Assembly (NCBI GenBank): GCA_015060005.1
Contig: SUZI01000002.1
Location: 218,177-282,176, forward strand
Direction: 5' to 3'
DNA: 64,000 bases
DNA from: Rikenellaceae bacterium
GTDB lineage: Bacteria; Bacteroidota; Bacteroidia; Bacteroidales; Rikenellaceae
Shown here: positions 42,758 to 51,270 of the stretch, piece after piece
Numbering within the stretch: position 1 is the first letter of the stretch
Layout of the letters: every line of letters begins with the position of its first letter
Translations under genes and position numbers: made by a program
Notes under the pieces: generated by a model
The model's input: the letters and a program-made list of their open reading frames with translations, nothing else
Database searches by the model: none
What the model was told of the DNA's origin: nothing

Positions 42758-42789
42758 AGGCAAGCAGAGCCTTCGGGCTTTGCTTGCCT
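42758..42789 (+). terminator. Strong hairpin with T-run inside PUL 1 (internal terminator or attenuator)
   Basis: AGGCAAGCAGAGCC-TTCG-GGCTTTGCTTGCCT (14 bp with one G-U), then TTTATTCTTTATTTTTT. Confidence 0.6.
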
Positions 42790-42843
42790 TTATTCTTTAT
42801 TTTTTCTATATTTACTACGCAAAATTTAACATTTAACTTTGAT

Positions 42844-44361
42844 ATGAGAGTCATACATTTCTTTGTCGGCATCGTTTCCCTGTTTTACCTTGCCGCTACA
42901 ACCTCTTGTAGCGAGTCGGGTGCTACCCCAACACCTACCCCTGCGGGCAACTTGCAACTCAGCGTTGAGGCCCTTGCTGTGAGCTACGAAAAGCAGACAG
43001 CGGACATCACTGTTGAGGCAGATTGGGAGTGGGGCGTTTACCCCCAGGTAGATTGGATTACCGCTTCGCCAAGCGGCGGTGTGTCGGGCACAACCAAGGT
43101 ACGCCTCTCTATCGCAGAGAATAAGACGGGCGACGTGCGTCAGGGCAGTGTCGAGTTCCGCATCAATGGGAAGGTCATAGAGCTCGCTGTTCGCCAGAAC
43201 TATGCTGTCGAGGCGGTGAGTATCGCCGATGCGAATTTCCTTGCGGCACTTCTTGAGGACCACGACACCGATGGCGACGGAATTCTCTCTACGAAGGAGG
43301 CTTCGGAGGTACGTCGCATAGAGTGCTCATCAAAGGGTATCCGCTCTATGGCTGAGCTGGGCGTCTATTTCACGCAGATTACCAGCCTCGACTGCTCCGA
43401 TAATGAGCTTAAGAAGTTGGATGTGTCGAAGCTCACCAAGTTGCAGTCGCTCGATTGCTCGGGCAACAATCTTACCTCTATCGATATTCAGAACTTGCAG
43501 TCGCTCACCACATTTGACTGTACCGACAACCCTTCGCTTGCGACTATCTACGTATGGTTCAACTTCTCGGCTCCTGCGGGCTTCTCTAAGCCTGCTTCGG
43601 CAGAGTATGTCGAGCCCGATATCCCTACTCCAGAGGGCTATCAGCTGGTATGGCACGATGAGTTCGACACAGCGGGCGTAACCTCTCCTTCGACCGATAA
43701 GTGGTGGTACGAGACAGGCGATGGCGGCTGGGGCAATAATGAGCTTCAGGACTATGTGTCGGGCGGCAAGTATAATGGCACACGTATCGCCGAGGTGTCG
43801 GATGGCACGCTGAAGATTACCGCACAGAAGATTGACGGTAAGGTACGCTCCGTACGTATGAACACCGTCGAGGGCTGGACTTATGGCTATTTTGAGGGCA
43901 GATTGAAACTCTGTAAGGGTAGAGGTACCTGGCCAGCATTCTGGATGATGCCAAAGAACTTCCGTGCTTGGCCCGACGATGGTGAGATAGATATTATGGA
44001 GCACGTAGGCTACCACGAGAATTTCGTTTCTTCCTCTATCCACTGTAAGGCTTACTATCACTCTATCGGCACGCAGAAGACCCACGAGCTCTATCTTGCT
44101 ACCGCCACTTCGGAGTTCCACACCTACGCTTGCGAGTGGACACCCGAGTATCTGAAGTTCTATTTCGATGGCAAGCTCCACTTCACATTCAATAACGACG
44201 GTCGGGGCAATAAGGACACCTGGCCATTCAACGCTCCGTTCTACTTGAAGCTCAACCTCGCGTGGGGCGGTAATTGGGGCGGTGCTGAGGGCGTCGATGA
44301 GACGTGCCTGCCTACCACCTACGAGATTGACTATGTGCGTGTGTTCCAGAAGATTGAATAA
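42844..44361 (+). CDS. GH16 endo-beta-glucanase (laminarinase/licheninase type) with N-terminal BACON-like and leucine-rich-repeat domains
   Basis: Lipobox ATTSC. BACON-like segment (DWITASPSGGVSGTTKVRLSIAENKTGDVRQGSV). LRR units (LDCSDNELKKLDVSKLTKLQSLDCSGNNLTSIDIQNLQSLTTFDCTDN). GH16 catalytic motif GEIDIMEH. ATG at 42844. Confidence 0.8.
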   Translation: MRVIHFFVGIVSLFYLAATTSCSESGATPTPTPAGNLQLSVEALAVSYEKQTADITVEADWEWGVYPQVDWITASPSGGVSGTTKVRLSIAENKTGDVRQGSVEFRINGKVIELAVRQNYAVEAVSIADANFLAALLEDHDTDGDGILSTKEASEVRRIECSSKGIRSMAELGVYFTQITSLDCSDNELKKLDVSKLTKLQSLDCSGNNLTSIDIQNLQSLTTFDCTDNPSLATIYVWFNFSAPAGFSKPASAEYVEPDIPTPEGYQLVWHDEFDTAGVTSPSTDKWWYETGDGGWGNNELQDYVSGGKYNGTRIAEVSDGTLKITAQKIDGKVRSVRMNTVEGWTYGYFEGRLKLCKGRGTWPAFWMMPKNFRAWPDDGEIDIMEHVGYHENFVSSSIHCKAYYHSIGTQKTHELYLATATSEFHTYACEWTPEYLKFYFDGKLHFTFNNDGRGNKDTWPFNAPFYLKLNLAWGGNWGGAEGVDETCLPTTYEIDYVRVFQKIE

Positions 44362-44379
44362 CCGTAAAACTTCTATATT

Positions 44380-46590
44380 ATGAAACTTAAGCACTTTGTT
44401 TTGCTCCTTGCAGCCCTTGCTTGTAGCTCTGTGGCTATGGCACAGGCTGACATCGAGCAGCGTGTCGAGGAGCTGTTGCAGAAGATGACCCTCGAGGAGA
44501 AGATTGGACAGATGAATCAGGTCTCTGGCGGTCTTCAGTTCAGCAATGAGATTGCCGCAGGTCATATTGGCTCTGTGTTGAATATCGTCGACCCTGTCGA
44601 GGTCAATGCCATCCAGCGTATCGCTGTCGAGCAGAGCCGTCTGGGTATTCCGCTCCTTGTGAGCCGCGATGTCATTCACGGCTTCCGCACCATCTTCCCT
44701 ATTCCGCTCGGTATGGCTGCTACGTTCGATACCGATATCGTTGAGCGTGGAGCACGTGTTGCTGCTGTGGAGTCTACCGCAGCAGGTATCCGCTGGACCT
44801 TCTCGCCTATGCTCGACATAGCACGCGACTCACGTTGGGGACGTGTTGCCGAGGGCTCTGGTGAGGACCCATATCTCGACTCACAGATGGGTGTAGCTAT
44901 GGTTAAGGGCTATCAGGGTGAGAAGTTCGACGACCCTACTTGTTTGGCTGCCTGCGTTAAGCACTTCGTGGGCTATGGTGCTGCCGAGGGTGGCCGCGAC
45001 TACAATACCGCTATGATTTCGGAGCGTTCGCTGCGTAACACCTATTTCCCTGCTTTTAAGGCTTGTATCGAGGCTGGAGCATTGACTCTTATGACCTCGT
45101 TCAACGATGTCGATGGAGTCCCCTCTACGGGCAATAAGTGGCTCCTAAAGGATGTGTTGCGTCAGGAGTGGGGCTTCGATGGTATGGTCGTTACCGATTG
45201 GAACTCTTCGGGTGAGATGGTTATGCACGGTTTTGCCGAGGATTTGAAGGATGCCACCGCTATCTCTATCAATGCGGGTGTCGATATGGATATGATGTCG
45301 TTTGGCTTTATCGCCCACACCAAGACTCTCGTTGAGGAGGGCAAGCTCTCTATGGCAACTATCGACAATGCCGTTCGTAATATCTTGCGTCTTAAGTTCC
45401 GCTTGGGCTTGTTCGAGAATCCTTATGTCGATGAGTCTTTGGCACGTAAGGTGGCTTATGCTCCCGAGCATCTGGCTGCTGCCAAGCAGTGTGCTGTTGA
45501 GTCGGCTATCCTGCTGCAGAACGAGGGTGATGTGTTGCCCCTGAAGAAGGGTAGCACTATCCTTGTTACCGGCCCTATGGCTGATGCTCCTTACGACCAG
45601 CTCGGCACCTGGACTTTCGATGGCGAGGAGCAGTATACCGTTACCCCTCTGAAGGCTCTGTCGGCTCATTTCAACGTCATCAATGTCCCCACTTTGGCAT
45701 ATAGCCGCGATAACGATACCAAGTCATTTAAGGCGGCACAGAAGGCAGCTCGCAAGACTGATGCTGTTGTCGTTTTCGTGGGCGAGGAGGCTATCCTCTC
45801 GGGCGAGGCTCATAGCCTTTCGCAGCTCAATTTGCAGGGTGCACAGAGCGAGCTTATCGCCGCTATGCACGCTACGGGCAAGCCTGTCGTTGTCGTTGTT
45901 ATGGCGGGTCGTGCCTTGACTATCGAGCGTGATTTGGCACAGTGCGACGCTATGCTCTATTCGTTCCATCCGGGTACTATGGGTGGCGAGGCTCTTGCCG
46001 ATTTGTTGGCTGGTGTGGCTGTCCCTTCGGGCAAGGCTCCTATGACCTTCCTGCGTGATTCTGGTCAGGCTCCTTTCTACTACAACCACCCTATGACAGG
46101 TCGTCCAAATTTGGGTAACGAGACTCTCCTGAACGATATTCCGCTCAAGGCGGGCCAGACCTCTTTAGGCTGCACCTCGTTCTATCTCGACTCGGGCTAC
46201 GGCCCTCTCTTCCCATTCGGCTATGGTCTGTCATACACCACCTTCGAGTATAATAATATCGCGATTGACAAGCAGACATACGATAAGTCGGATACTATCC
46301 ATATAGCCTTCGATTTGACCAATGCGGGCAAGGTAGATGCTACGGAGGTTGTCCAGATTTATGTCCGCGACCTCGTAGGCTCTGTTGTTCGTCCTGTCAA
46401 GGAGCTCAAGGGCTTTATGCGTGTGTCGCTCAAGGCTGGTGAGACACGTCGTTGCGAGTATGACATCCCTGTCAGCGACTTAGCTTATTGGAACTACAAT
46501 ATGGAGTATGTCGTTGAGGCAGGACGCTTCGAGTTGTGGGTTGCCGGCGACTCTGCTTCGGGCGAGGCTCTCGGCTTCGAGGTTAAGTAA
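44380..46590 (+). CDS. GH3 beta-glucosidase (PUL 1)
   Basis: 736 aa. Signal peptide. GH3 motifs including the nucleophile context GFDGMVVTDW and a C-terminal FnIII-like domain. Confidence 0.85.
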   Translation: MKLKHFVLLLAALACSSVAMAQADIEQRVEELLQKMTLEEKIGQMNQVSGGLQFSNEIAAGHIGSVLNIVDPVEVNAIQRIAVEQSRLGIPLLVSRDVIHGFRTIFPIPLGMAATFDTDIVERGARVAAVESTAAGIRWTFSPMLDIARDSRWGRVAEGSGEDPYLDSQMGVAMVKGYQGEKFDDPTCLAACVKHFVGYGAAEGGRDYNTAMISERSLRNTYFPAFKACIEAGALTLMTSFNDVDGVPSTGNKWLLKDVLRQEWGFDGMVVTDWNSSGEMVMHGFAEDLKDATAISINAGVDMDMMSFGFIAHTKTLVEEGKLSMATIDNAVRNILRLKFRLGLFENPYVDESLARKVAYAPEHLAAAKQCAVESAILLQNEGDVLPLKKGSTILVTGPMADAPYDQLGTWTFDGEEQYTVTPLKALSAHFNVINVPTLAYSRDNDTKSFKAAQKAARKTDAVVVFVGEEAILSGEAHSLSQLNLQGAQSELIAAMHATGKPVVVVVMAGRALTIERDLAQCDAMLYSFHPGTMGGEALADLLAGVAVPSGKAPMTFLRDSGQAPFYYNHPMTGRPNLGNETLLNDIPLKAGQTSLGCTSFYLDSGYGPLFPFGYGLSYTTFEYNNIAIDKQTYDKSDTIHIAFDLTNAGKVDATEVVQIYVRDLVGSVVRPVKELKGFMRVSLKAGETRRCEYDIPVSDLAYWNYNMEYVVEAGRFELWVAGDSASGEALGFEVK

Positions 46591-46606
46591 TCACAGAGCA
46601 CACAAT

Positions 46607-46642
46607 GAAAATAGCGACCTGCAATGGCAGGTCGCTATTTTC
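46607..46642. terminator. Perfect 16-bp hairpin between convergent genes (bidirectional terminator)
   Basis: GAAAATAGCGACCTGC-AATG-GCAGGTCGCTATTTTC. A/T runs on both sides. It overlaps the stop of the minus-strand regulator. Confidence 0.75.
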
Positions 46643-48323
46643 ATTTACCAATTGTCTTTATCCTCTCCTCAAAGCTGCTTCTGTCGCCCAATGCAAAGTT
46701 TTTCGTGCGTGCACGATAGTTATATATCGTATTTACCGAGTAACGCAGCAGCGATGCTATGCGTGAAGAGTCTGTTATGCCAAGTCGTATCAGGGCAAAT
46801 ATACGGTGCTCTGTGCTGAGCGACTCGCCACGTTTAGGCTCTATGTGTGCCTCTGGCTTGAGCAGTGCGTTAAACTCATCCACAAAGTTGGGATATAGGT
46901 TCAGGAACGCATCGTCAAACATCTGATAGAAGTTCTTCAGCTCCTCATCCATCAGCTTCGATGATGATAGCTCACGCTCCAACTCGGCTATGTTACCACG
47001 CGAGAGCTTACGTTTCACTCCGCTCTGCATCTTGGCAAACTTATCTATGTAGTCCGAGCACATCGCCAGGAATAGGGCTATATACTCCTCCTTCACAGCA
47101 TTTGCCTCACCCAAGTTGCTGTTCACCGTTGCCAGCTTGTCGTTGAGCACCTTCAGCTCCTCGTTTGTCGTTACTATATGTTCATTCATCTGACGTATCT
47201 GTCGTGCTTTGCGATGTGATGAGCGTAGCAGCCACGCCATATAGCAACATAGTGCCAGGAGAGCTATCGCCAATACCGATATTATCATCGCTAAGAAGCA
47301 GGAGTGTTTCTGCTGCTTCACCAAGTGTGCTTTGTGCTGCTCCTCCTTCTCGCGGTACGCCTTCTCTATGTGGGGCATTATGCCCGATATCTGCCAGGGG
47401 CGTAGCTTTGCGTTGTAGAACAGAGCGTCGTTGAGCGATATTGTTACGTAGCGGAATGCTCGCTCCACCTCCTCGAATTCGAGTATGCTGTTCGCTAAGC
47501 TGCACAGTGCTGCATTATCTTTCGTTGCTGTGCGTATGTCTGCCATTGCCGAGCGTGCAAACCACTCGCACATCTCCTCTCGTCGCTCCAAAGCCTCGAG
47601 TATGCGTGCACGGTCGTATGCGTACATAGCATATTCGTGCTCGTTAGGCTGATATTTCGATAGTAACGCCATATTGAGCACCTCTGCCTCCTCCCAGCGT
47701 CCCTCCTCGGTGAGTATATGCACCTTCACATATTGGTGCACAGGGTCCTCCTCATCTGTCATCTCCAATATGCGTTGGCAGTAGTAGTTTCGCTTCATAT
47801 CCGACCTCTCGCGGCTCTCTGCGTCGCTTGTGTAGTGGCGGAAGTCTGTGTGGAAGCGGCGTTGAGCCACGTAGTAGTTTATCTTTTGGTAGGGTTGCAG
47901 GTTGAGTGTATCTATCTGCTCCGACAACATCTCTCCTGCCTCATAGTACATACCCGATGTGGCGTAGAGCATAGCTCTGTCTATCTGGTCATCCGTTATG
48001 AGGGTGCTGTTTCGCATACGTACCGAGAGTTCATATCGGCGGTCGAGCATCTCCATCGCCTTGTCAAATTGGAACGACAGATACTGCTCATACAGATTTT
48101 TGTATATGTCGTACTGCTGCTGGAGCGATAGATTGTCGCCCTCTAACATACTGTTTATAGCGTCAATGTTGGTCTGTCGAGCCTCTACAAATTGCTCGGC
48201 AGCCTCCAATGTGCTATCCAACTCTTTGAGTATGTTCTCGCTCTGTGCCCATAGTGTGAGAGGAGACAGAAAGCCTGCTGTGGCAAGTAGCCACGTCGTG
48301 ATATGTCGGTATAGTTTTTTCAT
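46641..48323 (-). CDS. Transmembrane one-component regulator: periplasmic TPR-like domain, one TM, coiled coil, C-terminal HTH (DUF6377-like)
   Basis: Signal peptide MKKLYRHITTWLLATAGFLSPLTLWAQ. TM FLAMIISVLAIALLALCCYMAWLL. C-terminus RIFALIRLGITDSSRIASLLRYSVNTIYNYRAR. Paralog at 62124-63779. Confidence 0.6.
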   Translation of the reverse strand: MKKLYRHITTWLLATAGFLSPLTLWAQSENILKELDSTLEAAEQFVEARQTNIDAINSMLEGDNLSLQQQYDIYKNLYEQYLSFQFDKAMEMLDRRYELSVRMRNSTLITDDQIDRAMLYATSGMYYEAGEMLSEQIDTLNLQPYQKINYYVAQRRFHTDFRHYTSDAESRERSDMKRNYYCQRILEMTDEEDPVHQYVKVHILTEEGRWEEAEVLNMALLSKYQPNEHEYAMYAYDRARILEALERREEMCEWFARSAMADIRTATKDNAALCSLANSILEFEEVERAFRYVTISLNDALFYNAKLRPWQISGIMPHIEKAYREKEEQHKAHLVKQQKHSCFLAMIISVLAIALLALCCYMAWLLRSSHRKARQIRQMNEHIVTTNEELKVLNDKLATVNSNLGEANAVKEEYIALFLAMCSDYIDKFAKMQSGVKRKLSRGNIAELERELSSSKLMDEELKNFYQMFDDAFLNLYPNFVDEFNALLKPEAHIEPKRGESLSTEHRIFALIRLGITDSSRIASLLRYSVNTIYNYRARTKNFALGDRSSFEERIKTIGK

Positions 48324-48511
48324 ACCATAAAGTTACAACGAAAAAGCTTATCTACACCATTTTTTATCCACTTTTATTTTTTGCTATACTATTTATTTAC
48401 AACACATTATACTCCAGCCAATCCACCTTTATTTTCCCACATCCTCTCCGCCTGCCACGATATTGCCTTTTTCCTTAATTTTGTGTAGATGTCTAACCAA
48501 CCTTTTCAGTT

Positions 48512-50377
48512 ATGCGAAACACCCTCTACTATCTCCTATTTTCTCTGCTTATGGCTTTTACGGCTTGTAGCGAGGACTCTTCGACTCCACCTCGTGAAGT
48601 CGCTCTACGTAGTATTGTCTGCTCTACGGATGAGTGTGTCATCTCGGTTGGAGGTAGTGCCGACTTTAGCTTTAGTGTCGAGGATTGTGAGGCTCAGTTT
48701 GACTATGAGGTAGGCTCTGCGGGGTGTCAGGTAGAGCTGCGTCTGAGCGATAAACCTACGCAGCAGCCTCAGCTATTCGTTTTGGAGCGTGTGGCGTTGG
48801 CTCAGGGCGTGGGCAACTATCGTGCTACGTTACGGGATAGGGGCGATGGCGTACCCTATAAGGTCGATGTCAACCTTGTCATCAAACTACCATCGGGCGA
48901 GCTGGTACGTTCCGATGTCGTTACGGTGCGAAGCAGCAATTTTGTAGGTGGTGTATACAATATCAGCCTACGCCGAGCAGACAACCCGTCGCTCAGTAGC
49001 GATGTCCACTTCTCCTACGACGGCTCTCACCATAGCTACAACGCCCATATTGACGATTATATAGCCCTGCGTGAGTTCGTTGTAACTATCGAGGGCATTG
49101 AGGATGAGACGCTTAGCATCAATGGCGAGCCATACGATGCCAAAGCCAAAATCAACCTTCGCAGCGATGCGACGCTTCGTGTGGAGTACGAGGGCAACAC
49201 CACCGATTATACGCTCCATTTGAGCTGCTTTACAGGACTCCCCGTTATGAGTATCAACACCCCTGGTGGTGTGGGCGTGTGGTCTAAGGAGGAGTGGGTT
49301 GAGGGCTCCGTTATGACACTCGATGGTATGGGCTTGTTCGACGATATGACCTCTGTCGAGCTCTCTATCCGAGGTCGTGGCAACTCCACCTGGGGCTACG
49401 AGAAGAAACCTTATAATCTCAAGTTGGAGAAGAAGCAGTCGGTTATGGGTATGCCCAAGCATAAGCGTTGGTGTCTGCTTGCTAACTATATGGACCGCAC
49501 GCTGTTACGCAACCGCGTAGCCTACCGTCTTGCGGAGTATACCTCCCTTGCCTGGACTCCACGTTGCGAGTTTGTAGAGCTCTTCCTCAATGGCGAGCAC
49601 CTCGGACAATATCTTCTTACGGAGCACATCAAGGTCGACGAGAATCGTGTCGACATCACCGAGATGGAGACCACCGACAATAGTGGCGAGGCTGTTACGG
49701 GAGGCTACCTTCTGGAGCTCGACTTCCACTACGATAACGTATGGCAGTGGAAGGGTGCGAGTGGCACACCTTTCGCAGTCAAGTATCCCGATGAGGAGGA
49801 TTTGACCGAGCAGCAGTTCGCCTGGATTAAGAGCCATATCGCCCAGGTCGAGTCGGTGCTCTATGGCGGCGATTTCGCCGATGCGGAGAGCGGCTATGTC
49901 AAATATATTGACCCAGAGTCGTTTGTAGACTATTGGCTCATCTATGAGATATGTGTCAACCACGAGTTGGGTAACCCTGGTAGTGTCTATTTGAGCAAAG
50001 ACCGCAATGGTAAGCTCTTTGCAGGCCCTGTGTGGGATTTCGATTGGGGCACCTTCTCTTTCAAGGCTTCGCCACACGCCGAGTGGGGCTTGTTCATCCA
50101 GTGGGCGTGGTGGTATGACCGTCTCTTCAAGGATGAGGCTTTCACAGCCTTAGCTCGCGAGCGATGGGCTCTTCTGAAGCCTCGCTTCGAGCAGATTTTC
50201 GATTTCATCGCTACCGAGAGCGACTATATCCGCCTTTCGTGGCAGCGTAATTTTGCTCTGTGGAGTATCTCCACCGATATCAATGGTGATGAGAAACTGA
50301 CATTTGATGCCGCTGTCGAGAGGATGATATCCGTTCTTCGCCGACGTATTGATATCATCGACACCGCACTCAGGTAG
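48512..50377 (+). CDS. CotH-family (atypical kinase fold) lipoprotein
   Basis: Lipobox AFTAC. CotH-like blocks KKPYNLKL, KRWCLLANYMDRTLLRNRVAYRL, GNPGSVYLSKD, AGPVWDFDWG. Confidence 0.65.
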   Translation: MRNTLYYLLFSLLMAFTACSEDSSTPPREVALRSIVCSTDECVISVGGSADFSFSVEDCEAQFDYEVGSAGCQVELRLSDKPTQQPQLFVLERVALAQGVGNYRATLRDRGDGVPYKVDVNLVIKLPSGELVRSDVVTVRSSNFVGGVYNISLRRADNPSLSSDVHFSYDGSHHSYNAHIDDYIALREFVVTIEGIEDETLSINGEPYDAKAKINLRSDATLRVEYEGNTTDYTLHLSCFTGLPVMSINTPGGVGVWSKEEWVEGSVMTLDGMGLFDDMTSVELSIRGRGNSTWGYEKKPYNLKLEKKQSVMGMPKHKRWCLLANYMDRTLLRNRVAYRLAEYTSLAWTPRCEFVELFLNGEHLGQYLLTEHIKVDENRVDITEMETTDNSGEAVTGGYLLELDFHYDNVWQWKGASGTPFAVKYPDEEDLTEQQFAWIKSHIAQVESVLYGGDFADAESGYVKYIDPESFVDYWLIYEICVNHELGNPGSVYLSKDRNGKLFAGPVWDFDWGTFSFKASPHAEWGLFIQWAWWYDRLFKDEAFTALARERWALLKPRFEQIFDFIATESDYIRLSWQRNFALWSISTDINGDEKLTFDAAVERMISVLRRRIDIIDTALR

Positions 50378-50439
50378 CCTAAGAATGTGAGGCTCCTTAC
50401 CCAATATGTAGCCCCGAGAGATAGGTATAAATTGAGATT

Positions 50440-51183
50440 TTATTTTTCTGGTAGTCGGCGACGGAATTCAGCACAGATGATGCCCGTCGCCATTGCTACG
50501 TTCAGCGACTCCGAGCCCTGACGGTCGGCAGGGTAGGCGGGTATGAGCAGTCGGTGCGAGAAGTGCTGCTGACACGCCTTGCTTACGCCCTGTCCCTCGT
50601 TGCCCATAACAATCACACCACGCGGCTCAAACTCCGAGTCGTATAGGTTCTCGCCATCGAGCATCGTACCATATATAGGAGTGCCCTCGGCTGCGGTACG
50701 CTGCAGTAGGGCAGCAAGTTCTACGTAATGTACCCTCACACGCAATATAGCCCCCATCGTCGCCTGTACGACCTTGGGATTGAAGCAGTCGGCACACTCC
50801 TCCGAACAGAATATATCCTCCACTCCAAACCAATCCGCCAAGCGTATTATCGTACCTATATTACCCGGGTTCTGCACTCCATCCAACGCCAACGACAGCC
50901 GCTTTGCGTCGGCTACGGCAGGCATCTTCCAGCGAGGCTTCTCTACGATGGCTACGCACTGCGATGCGGTTTTTAGCTGCGACAGACGCTCCATCTCCTT
51001 GCTGCTGACCATCTCGGCACGACCTCCAAAGTCGTTGTGTGTGGAGTATATATGGCGTATAGGCAGCTGCGAAGAGATAATCTCCTCGATGAGCTTCTCG
51101 CCCTCGGCTATAAATAGCCCCTCGGCATCACGCACCCGCTTATCGGCAAGTGAGCGGACAAATTGTATCTCGGCTTTAGTCAT
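50440..51183 (-). CDS. TrmH/SpoU-family RNA 2'-O-methyltransferase
   Basis: SpoU motifs LDGVQNPGNIGTIIRLADWFG, VMGNEGQGVS, IPAYPADRQGSESLNVAMATGI. Confidence 0.8.
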   Translation of the reverse strand: MTKAEIQFVRSLADKRVRDAEGLFIAEGEKLIEEIISSQLPIRHIYSTHNDFGGRAEMVSSKEMERLSQLKTASQCVAIVEKPRWKMPAVADAKRLSLALDGVQNPGNIGTIIRLADWFGVEDIFCSEECADCFNPKVVQATMGAILRVRVHYVELAALLQRTAAEGTPIYGTMLDGENLYDSEFEPRGVIVMGNEGQGVSKACQQHFSHRLLIPAYPADRQGSESLNVAMATGIICAEFRRRLPEK

Positions 51184-51212
51184 CTGTTGTAGAATTACAA
51201 CACAAAGTTAGC

Positions 51213-51245
51213 AAAAAAAACACTCCGACAAAAATTATCGGAGTG
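51213..51245 (-). terminator. Rho-independent terminator of the minus-strand GH3 gene
   Basis: The minus strand reads CACTCCGA-loop-TCGGAGTG followed by T8 (plus-strand A8 at 51213-20). Confidence 0.75.
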
Positions 51246-51270
51246 CTTCGTATTGTTGGGAATTGATTTC

